Positions 54,474-64,000 of a DNA stretch of 64,000 bases are shown here, one piece after another; positions within the stretch are counted from its first letter, which is position 1, and each line of letters opens with the position of its first letter. This DNA comes from Octopus vulgaris. Lineage: Eukaryota. Where the stretch lies: contig OX597834.1 in the NCBI GenBank assembly GCA_951406725.2, positions 11,098,001 through 11,162,000 of the forward strand, written 5' to 3'. The notes under the pieces are model-generated. The model was given only the letters and a program-made list of their open reading frames with translations. It did no database searches and was not told the origin of the DNA. Position numbers and translations under genes: made by a program.

Positions 54474-54701
54474 TAAGGATAATACCAATATTTAAGTATC
54501 GATATTATCAGGTGGCCAGCATGGGAAAAATACCATAGAAAGGTAATAATATTTTTACAACTAAAAATAAGGGTGTCTGAGAGACACCACCATGCCGAAA
54601 TAGCAGTCAAAACCCTGACTCTAAGAACCACGTTAAATGTTCATATCGCACCATGAGATAAGACAGAGGGACAAAATAGACTAGCAAAAAATATTACTGT
54701 T
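54474..54701 (-). mobile_element. family S element
   Basis: Stem CAGCATGG/CCATGCCG (54517-54524/54590-54597) followed by GAAATAGCAGTCAAAA, as at 52694; in TA-rich flanks. Strand is inferred. Confidence 0.65.
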
Positions 54702-54818
54702 GTATATATATATATATGTATATATACACAGAAATGTATATACACGCGCTCACACACATATACATACATACATATATACATACATACATATATACATATA
54801 TATAATCAGTTGAATATT

Positions 54819-55311
54819 ATGTTTCTTTATTAGCCACACAGGGCTGCACACAGACAGGACAAATTACAAAGTAGAGCTTTTCTTTTGGGGGTAAAAAAAG
54901 GTGGTTTGGTTTTCAATCAAAAGGGATCGTAAAGGGAAAGAAAGAGGACAAAAAGGGGGGGAATAAAATTTTAAAAAAAGGGGGGAGGCAAAGGAAAAAA
55001 AATTGATCAATAGGGATCGTTATCACAGAAATGTCAATATGAAATGTAAAGGGGAGGACAGGTGAGGTTTACCCGTGGAAAGAAAAGCCTACGGAAAAGA
55101 CCACGGTTACCTCGGTCAATGAAGTCACATGTTATATTTCTTGTTTTTTTTTTGCAAATAAGCAACTCTCTGTATTAATATTTACGGTTCATAGAATCAT
55201 AGTCAAGGTGGCTTCGTCATTCATACGTGCCATCCTTGCAACATTCACCCATCTTTTTTTAAAACATTCACTAGACAAAACTTGCCTCTCTACTCTCACT
55301 TTCCTCTTCAA
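54819..55311 (-). mobile_element. 5'-truncated LINE 3' end, probably L1/Tx1-like
   Basis: LKRKVRVERQVLSSECFKKRWVNVARMARMNDEATLTMIL*, then a pyrimidine-rich 3' UTR ending GCCCTGTGTGGCTAATAAAGAAACAT. Clade call is tentative. Confidence 0.6.
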
Positions 55312-55319
55312 AACTATCA

Positions 55320-56320
55320 AAGTAAGAGCTTAGTGATTCTTATTCTGAATTCTATAGAGACACTTTTGCTTTTTTGGATCTGTTGTTCTTACCTTTCCAT
55401 TTAACCTGTAATTACATTCTTACATAACTGCTCGAAAACAGGCGACTTTGGATAAGTTGTCTAAACTGAATTTCTGCACTCTAACAGAATCGTCCTTCTT
55501 AGACACTCCATCGATAATAAAAGCAATCAAAATTCAGAATAGATCATTGTAATTGAGAAACTAAATACACATTTTAATGCATATAAAATACCTATTTGCT
55601 TTTCTCGGCTGAAGTTTATACAAATATATTGAGACAGTTGCGACAACTGTATTTTCTTTTGCCCAAAGCCAGTAACTTTTGAGTATATATTTGCGACAAC
55701 GTATGCACGGAAGATGAAATTGGTCCGAACGGCAGAGGCTTTATTATCGAACTTCTATTTCGTATTCCACATAAAAGTACAGTTTTCGTAATCTGTAACA
55801 TATTCACCTGTTTAACAAAGGGGACAATAGAGATTTACGCTAATGATAAACCACGGTCTAAGCCCGTAGGCAAACTGTTGTCACTGATAGCTTCCCAAAT
55901 TGTTACTATTTCTTTCCAGAAAGGTGCTGAAAGATCTTCTTTAGGGAGCTGGTTTGGGTTAGGTCTATGGGTATTAGGATTACCCAGTGAGAGAATCACA
56001 TTCTTTGCATCACTGAATTGTGGAATAATATAAATTTGGTCACATTTCTGCATCAGCAGTTGCCAGATGATTTAAAAACCAAGCCACATTAGGCATTCCA
56101 ATATTGGTAATTTTAATGTTTACTCAACGAATTTTGTATCCTATGTCATTGATAAAACTTAACGAAGCAAAGGATGCGTGTACTTAAAGGGAATCGATTA
56201 GAAGGCTGTCTTCAGAGACAGATGAAAAGTGGACTCGTATCAAGGACGTTGTCCCATCCTGAATACTGTTTCAGATAGCAATATTTTCTGCTACCAATAT
56301 ACCCCTATGCGTCTAGCAGT
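55320..56320 (-). mobile_element. very degenerate L1/Tx1-like post-RT relic
   Basis: IGMPNVAWF (cf. GGLGxPN), FWKEIVTIW; broken frames. Confidence 0.35.
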
Positions 56321-56398
56321 ATATATATATGAACGAGACGAATATTCTCCTGAATTTCTACGCTATATTCAGCTTAAGTCAAATATTAGTGCCTGATG

Positions 56399-56450
<52 letters not shown>

Positions 56451-56657
56451 TCACACAAACACGCACACACATATTCTTTTATCCTTTAATTCACTTACTT
56501 CTGTCATTTGACTGCTGCTAAACACGAGCAGCAAATTGAGGTTGAAGAAATCGACTCCAGGGCTTATTTTATGTAGGCCTGGTACTTATTCTATCAGTCT
56601 CTTTCGCCGAATCGTTCTTACGGTAACATCAGTTTCAAGCGAAGCTGTGTAACCCCG

Positions 56658-56707
<50 letters not shown>

Positions 56708-56759
56708 GTATATATACATATACGCGGGTGTGTGTATGTGAGTGTGGGGGTTGTGTATG

Positions 56760-56975
56760 TTCTTTTTGTTTGTTCTCTATCACCACTTGGCGAATGGTGT
56801 CGATGCGTTTTACGTCCATGCAACGTAGCGGTTCGGCAAAATCAACTGACAGGATAAGTACTAGGCTTTTAAAAATGTCCTAGAGCCGATTTGTTCGACT
56901 AAAACTCTTTCAAGGCTGTGCTCCAGCATGGCTACAGTCAAATGACTGAAACGAATAAAAGAATTAAAGAATAAC
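56760..56975 (+). mobile_element. diverged SINE A body/tail; a second diverged copy lies on the minus strand at ~56475-56640
   Basis: AGCGGTTCGGCAAAA...GCTCCAGCATGGCTACAGTCAAATGACTGAAAC. Confidence 0.8.
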
Positions 56976-57259
56976 AGAATATGTGTGTGCAAGTATGTAT
57001 ATACACTCACACGCACACAAACACATACATTTCTTTGCTTGTATGTTCATCTTTATAAAGCTTGAATGTGTGGGCGTTGCAATATTTTTAGAAATCTCGT
57101 TTTAGAAGGAAAATCCTGTGTAGTAGAAGTGATTACATGTTGTAATCAATGTCAACATATTACTAATATTCATTAAATCGGCAGCAAACTTTCACAAGGT
57201 GTGACATATCCGGCTCTTATTTGTAATGAAAACTGAGGCATACTGAGAAATACTCAAAA

Positions 57260-57586
57260 GTGATTATGTTGAAGCTTTAGCAAGGCAGATTAATCTGTCT
57301 TTTGGACTGGAATTATGCAACAACGTGATGATAAAAAAAGATGCAAGAAGGCTTAATCGGAGAGTTGATGTTGATAGTCATTGAAAGAGATAGAGCGATA
57401 GCAAAGAAGATGAACGACTCTCTCATTTCAATAAACATTTCGGCACCGATGGAAACGAAACTGCGTGCGCTAAGGCTGTGGAACTGCATATGAGAGATGA
57501 ATATTTTAGTAGAATCAAACACGTTTTACAAATTCATCTCAATGGCAATGATATATTATGTGACGTTAACACATTTGCTAAGCCGA
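57260..57586 (+). mobile_element. degenerate R4/Dong RT C-terminal relic
   Basis: INLSFGLELC (cf. IxMxFGLDKC) and EYFSRIKHVLQIHLNGNDILCDVNTFAKP (cf. EYxxRxxxILKSxLNxxNxIxAINTxAxP). Confidence 0.65.
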
Positions 57587-57679
57587 ATTTATACACAGAT
57601 TCACACGCATCACTTAACACTCACACGTATATATACACGCACGTAAATACATACACACCTACGTATATTCACACACATA

Positions 57680-58645
57680 CGAGGGGGTTGCAGAAGAAAT
57701 TCTTGTATTCAAGTGTATCACGAAATGTGTGGTTAGGGGCCCAAACTTACGAGTGCTTTTACAGGGCTTAATCGTAGTTGTTCAATATCCATTCGGAATT
57801 TGTTTGAAACCATTTTCTCTCCAAGATTTTTCTTGTTTGGGTTCATTAAAAATTACCCTCGTATATGACTGATTTAAATCACCCGAGATCCATTCCTCCT
57901 TCCCTCTCCTCAAATTATTATACGTCCTCTCAAATGTTAAGAGATTCTTATGACGACAACAAAAATATACAAGTGGGTGTTGGAAAGTCGCTGTCTTTAA
58001 GAGTATCACAAAATGCCTGGTTGGGGGCCCAACATTCCGAGTTCTTCTACAGAGCCTAGAAAAACTGAAGGACTGCTTCAATAAATATGTGCACCTGAGT
58101 GGAGGATATGTTAACTATAATCATAATTAACACTCTTTTATTTTATTTTGTCCAAAGCCAGTGACTTTTGAGTACCCCTCTCGGATATCATCATATAATA
58201 TAGTAAAGTATACTATAGGAATTCAATACGATACATATCGATTTTGTAGTTTGTAATACTGGATATTAAGTTCCAAGTTCTGCCGTATGTGCTCTACACT
58301 GAAAATACTCGGTGCGACGGATGTTTGCAAGCAGAAATTCAGTGACACACAAATGGACTGCTTAACACAAACTTTCGTATAGAGTACCGTACTTTAACAT
58401 TCTCATCTATCTTTCACTGGAAATACGTGGATGAGCTGAAAAGTGCGTGGCTTTAAAGGTATCGCAAAGGGCCTATTTGGAGGCTCAACTTCTCGAGTTC
58501 TTGTACAGAACATAGGAAACCTGAAAGACTGCTGCAATAATTGTGTGAATCTGAGAAGAATAAAAATTGAATAAAATCATAATTAAGTGACCCTCCTGTA
58601 TGTTCTATTACTTAATGTGAGGAACTTTTCAGCACTTCTTTAGTC
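57680..58645 (+). mobile_element. cluster of three short, internally deleted mariner derivatives (~57680-57862, ~57975-58183, ~58405-58645)
   Basis: TA|CGAGGGGG...CCCTCG|TA termini, GCTGAAAAGT/ACTTTTCAGC TIR remnants, FYRALEKLKDCFNKYVHLSGGYV mariner C-terminus. Confidence 0.7.
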
Positions 58646-59796
58646 GTACGCTTTGCTTTGAGATGTAGTCATAAATCAACCCTAGGGTATAACAACCTTG
58701 TTACCCGTGGGTGGGTCCATCTTGTTTCAAAATGAGGAATCTATTGTGAAAATTTATCCCACTAGGTCCCGGGTATGGTCAAATATACGCCAGAGAACAA
58801 CTCCGTGCTATCTCTATATAGTTGAAAAATGCCGCAATCTACGATAGGTTAATGCATGGGAGCATAATTTATATGCGGAACAGAAAGAGCCCATATCTAC
58901 CTATATTCAGGAGAATGGGCAAATTTTGTTATCTAGATAAGTTCTGGAGTTCCCTGTTCTGGGAAAAGAAAAGAAAGGTCTCTAGTTTTCCGACGAACTT
59001 TACTGCCGCCATAACTAGAAATGAAGCGGGGGATAAATGTGTGCTGAACCCGGAGGGAAATTAGATTTTTAAGGAGAAATAGATCGAAATTCTGCTGTAT
59101 CTGTAGCAAACCAGATCCATAAACTATAGAAATAAAAACTTACTTGGAGAAGAAGAAAGGAGGCGTGGCGTTCAATCATATAATAACAATTTAATAAATA
59201 AAACATATGCATACATACATATATGTACATACCTACATCTATATGTATATATACATGCACATATGAGTACAGGACACCACAAATACACGTAGAACACAAC
59301 GAGAAACGAAAACATAAAATCAAACAAGGATACGGACTTTTTTTAACAACGAAAAAGCAGAGTACAAGACAAACAATACAAGGAATATTAGTTCAAGGAA
59401 CTATAGTTCTCAATTATTCACACGATCTAGGAATAATTGAGCAAAGGTTTTCGCGAAACTTTCGAGAAAATATCAACCCTATTGTGTGGCTACCTAGAAC
59501 TCTTACACTAGAGCGTCTTGCAAGATTTTGCTGAACAATATTTCGATTAAAATTGGCGGTTTCACACTCACAAGACTTTAAGGTTTGGTACTACTGTCAG
59601 AGAGGACGAACTGCTCATAGCGTATAATTCAGGTGACGTTGGAGCCGAGGGCTTAACATTGGCGCCTTTCTGTGAGTAGGTAGTTTCTCCTTCTCTTTGG
59701 AGACTTTGTTCTCGGTTTTCTTGAGTGACAGTGAATACAGTAAATCAATATCTCTCACAACGCATATATATACATATATGTATATATACATATATT

Positions 59797-59845
<49 letters not shown>

Positions 59846-59860
59846 GCACATATATATATA

Positions 59861-59900
<40 letters not shown>

Positions 59901-59901
59901 T

Positions 59902-59932
<31 letters not shown>

Positions 59933-60450
59933 CATATATACATGCATAAATATACACACACACATATATATATGTATGTATTTGAACATACGCGCACACC
60001 CCCACAGAAGCACACACATTGGCGCACGCACGCCCACACACACACACACACACAGAGAGACACTAACGCACACACATATATAACTATAATGGATGATGCC
60101 GTAAACGTCACTCGAATATGGAGTGTTAGCATGTTGGATAATGGATTCCACTTCAATGGAGATTTCTACATGGAGCTAATTGCGTCGAAATGCATTTTGC
60201 TTCGCCACTCTCCTTACTGTGGAGCTACTTGACGAAACAATTATTTGAAGTAATACGTCTTCTCTTGGGAGATGTGTCAAAATGCACTGCGATGTGTTTA
60301 TGGATTGTCTTAAAATACACAAACTGCATTACTCCTATACAGAATTCTCTTATCACATTATAGTGCAAATTTTATTGGGATGAGAATACGCTGTAGTATC
60401 ATAAGAGGAGTTAGTTGCGATTAAGTAAATCTTACAGAGATATGAGTGCG

Positions 60451-61455
60451 GCGAGCTGGCAGAAACGTTAGCACGCCTTTGCGAAATGCGTAGGTGTATT
60501 TCGTCTGCCGCTACGTTCTGAGTTCAAATTCCGCCGAGGTTGACTTTACCTTTCATCCTTTCGGGGTCGAAAAATTAAGTACCAGTTACGCACTGGGGTC
60601 GATATAATCGACTTAATCCGTTTGTCTGTCCTTGTTTGTCCTCTCTCTGTTTAGCCCCTTGTGGCTAGTAAAGAAATAGGTATTTCGTCTGCCGCTACGT
60701 TCTGAGTTCAAATTCGCCGTGGTCGACTTTGACTTTCACCCTTTTCGGGGTCGATAAATTAAGTACCAGTTACGCACTGGTTTCGATATAATCGACTTGA
60801 TCCGTTATTTTGTCCTCTCTGTGTTTAGCCCATTGTGGGTAGTAAAGAAATAGGTATTTCGTCTGCCGTTACATTCCGAGTTGAAATTCCGCCGAGGTCG
60901 ACTTTGCCTTTCATCCTTTCGGGAACGATAAATTAAGTACCAGTTACGCACTGGGGTCGATATAATCGACTTAATCCGTTTGTCTGTTCTTGTTTAGCCC
61001 CTTGTGGGTAGTAAAGAAACAGACAAAGAGAGTAAATTGAAGGCGGTGAGCTGGCAGAAACCTTTGCACGCCGGGCGAAATGCGTAGGCGTATTTCGTCT
61101 GCCGTTACGTTCCGAGTTCAAATTCCGCCGAGGTCGACTTTGCCTTTCTTCATTTCTGGGTCGATAAATTAAGCACCAATTACGCACTGGGGTCGATATG
61201 ATCCACTTAATCCGTTTGTCTGTCCTTCTTTGTCCTTTCTCTGTTTAGCCCCTTACGGGTAGTAAAGAAATAGGTATTTCGCCTGCCGTTACGTTCTGAG
61301 TTCAAATTCCTCCGAGGTCGACTTTGCCTTTCATCCTTTCGGCGTCGATAAATTAAGTACCAATTTGGCACTGGGGTCGATATGATAGACTTAATCAGTT
61401 TGTCTGTCCTTGTTTGTCCTCTCTCTGTTTAGCCCCTTGTGGATAGTAAAGAAAT
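60451..61455 (+). mobile_element. SINE family B concatemer: five units, two heads, one TSD pair
   Basis: Units restart at 60679, 60853, ~61042 (second head) and 61273; 13-bp TSD AGATATGAGTGCG at 60438-60450 and 61456-61468. Confidence 0.92.
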
Positions 61456-62583
61456 AGATATGAGTGCGACTAGAATCAACATACCAATTTGGCACTGAGG
61501 TCGATATGATAGACTTAATCAGTTTGTCTGTCCTTGTTTGTCCTCTCTCTGTTTAGCCCCTTGTGGATAGTAAAGAAATAGATATGAGTGCGACAAGAAT
61601 CAACAGAGGAATTTAGATAAAAACAAGACACCGTGGTCGCCCGAATTCCTAAATATGATATCCATAATCACTTTCTTATATCTCACTATAACACATAATG
61701 CATAGTGGAATCTCATATGTGTATGTGTACGTGTGTGTGTGTGTGTGCATGGATGCATGTATGTACTTATATATCATTTATATATATACATATATAAATA
61801 AATGATACATATATATATAAATAAATGATATATATATATAAATAAATGATATATAAATATATGCATACATACATTCATACATATATACATATCTACATAT
61901 AGCCACCATGTACAGATTAATATCAATATGCAAATTCATATACAAATATCTAAATTTCGGCTACATTATATACTTTTAAGTTTTATGGTTGTTCCAAGCT
62001 GGAAAAGTGCCTTTCGTGCTACATATGTTTGGGTCTATATAGTAATACAAACATTACTTATGTCTATCTTCTGTATTTTTCTTTGTTTCCTACGTCGTAC
62101 AGTTCCCAAACAGCGCAAAATATTTTTCACGCTGTGGAGACAGTTGCATTACACATCGATGCTTACATCAAAACCATAATGATTCCCGATAGAGCAATTT
62201 ATGACGCTATGCCTATAGTTTATTTTCAATATATTGTTGTTATTGTGGCGTTTATATTACTGCTTGCACCTTCCTCCATTTCATTCACTATTTATTGTAA
62301 GTTCCGGTTTGTAACACCTTAAACGTCTTCTGGTTTTGCATTCCTTGTTGTCTACATGGCTTCCATTGTTCGGGTTGTGACAAAAATCTATTTTATTCGT
62401 TTCTCTTCTCTCACATTATTTCTGTCGAATTTTATAAATGCCTTGTATTTAAATGGTCCAACGTTAATACTTTATTCTTGATAGCGAAGCATCAGAAATT
62501 TAGTGACATTCAAAGCTTATTGGGTGAGATATTAGCTGGGAATTACATGGCGGTGGAATTTAAAATATAATATTATATTGAAT

Positions 62584-62865
62584 GTGGAGGCGCAATGATC
62601 CAGTTGTTATGGCAGCGGACTCGCTGTCGGAAGATCACGGTTTCGATTCTCAGACCGGGCATTGTGTGTGTTTATTGAGCGAAAACACCTAAAAGTTCCA
62701 CGAGGCTCCGCCAGGGGGTGGTGACGAACCCTGTTGTACTCTTCCGCTTAAAACTTTCTCTCACTCTTTCTTCCTGTTTCTTGAGTAACGCGGGCACATA
62801 CGCCACAGAAACCGGGAAACCGGCTCCATGAGCCTGGCTAGGCTTGAAAAAGGCGAAAAGAAAAG
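62584..62865 (+). mobile_element. SINE with family C head and a different 3' tail, with TSD
   Basis: Head as at 25617; diverges after CTTCCTGTTTCT; 15-bp TSD AATATTATATTGAAT at 62569-62583 and 62866-62880. Confidence 0.9.
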
Positions 62866-63120
62866 AATATTATATTGAATAAGAATGCGGCGTGCTGGTC
62901 GAATCGTTAACACATCGGCTAAAATGCATAACAGGATTTCGACAGTTTTCACGTTATAAGTTCAAATTCTTCAGAGGTGGTCTTTGCCTTTCATCCTTTC
63001 GTTGTCGTTAAAATAAATACCAGCTGAGTACTGGGGTTGATGCAATTGATTCAACCTTTCCCCGAAACAGAAGGCTTTGTGCCAAAATTCGAAATCGATA
63101 TGTACCTATGCATATGTGCA

Positions 63121-63176
<56 letters not shown>

Positions 63177-63375
63177 TGTTTGTGTCTTCTTCTTCCAATC
63201 AGGACTCACGCCATTAGCCACAAAGAATAATCTCTAATTCGAACCTACTCTAAGCTACTAAGAATGCGTTTTGGCGTGTTGTAACTTAAAAATCCACCCA
63301 CCACATGCGATAGACTGGCGGTTGCACGGGCGCGAAAGCTACGTTGTTAACCTCATTCCGTAAACGGTGGATTTT

Positions 63376-63741
63376 CCATGCTGGAGCACCGCCTTTAATG
63401 AAGCAAATCGACCCGGGACTTATTCTTTGTAAGCCCAGTACTTATTCTATCGGTTTCTTTTGCCGAACCGCTAAGTGACGGGGACGTAAACACACCAGCA
63501 TCGGTTGTCAAGCAATGCTACGGGGACAAACACAGACACACAAACATACACGCACATACATATATATACATATATATACGACAGGCTTCTTTCAGTTTCC
63601 GTCTCCCAAATCCACTCACAAGGCATTGGTCGGCCCGGGGCTATAGTAGAAGACACTTGCCCAAGTTGCCACGCAGTGGGACTGAACCCTAAACCATGTG
63701 GTTGGTAGACAAGCTACTTCTCACACAGCCACTCCTGCGCC
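63376..63741 (-). mobile_element. SINE family A lacking the extreme tail
   Basis: Reverse complement of family A. Confidence 0.9.
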
Positions 63742-64000
63742 TATATTTAATTACATTTAAGAAATCGATATTTTATTATATTTCATTATCTTTCCTATTC
63801 AGTAAAATGGATATCGAAGTATTATGTGGTCGACACACAAACTCAAAGAAGAAATTCGCTCTAGCAGGCAATATTCCATTCGCATGCGTTTGCTAAAGTT
63901 ATTTAACTTTACTTTTGTCAGTTATATGTATTTCTTTATTACATGCACTGAATCTGTCCTGTGTTAAATAACTTTGTTTCTATGTGTTTATTGGACGAAC

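Noticed and set aside
59403-59470. Short hairpins CTCAATTATTC/GAATAATTGAG and TTTTCGCGAAA/TTTCGAGAAAA
   Set aside because: Short, AT-rich and single-copy; no poly-U or family context to support a function
63288-63375. 10-bp inverted repeat AAAATCCACC/GGTGGATTTT around a GC-richer core
   Set aside because: Single occurrence at a SINE truncation point, with no TSD or recognisable RNA motif

Overview
AT-rich, microsatellite-saturated metazoan non-coding DNA. The SINE families, (TA)n/(AAT)n load and LINE set look like a coleoid cephalopod (probably Octopus); this is my inference, not a database result. I found no intact protein-coding gene, and nearly all listed ORFs are microsatellite or SINE translation artefacts. 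Recognisable content: a frameshifted UBE2O-like UBC pseudogene fused to an RTE fragment; several tRNA-derived SINE families; fragments of RTE, CR1-group, R4/Dong and L1/Tx1-like LINEs; Tc1/mariner and hAT relics; and two non-autonomous Helitrons. The most interesting signals are: (1) five short elements embedded in or next to (TA)n tracts that keep one RNA fold through compensatory base changes, several inserted as large fold-back palindromes and one carrying a hammerhead-like motif; (2) a second short family with minimal hammerhead ribozyme cores (Penelope-like or retrozyme-like); (3) SINE concatemers with an invariant junction, suggesting self-targeted insertion; (4) two SINE-LINE 3'-tail partnerships visible inside the window.
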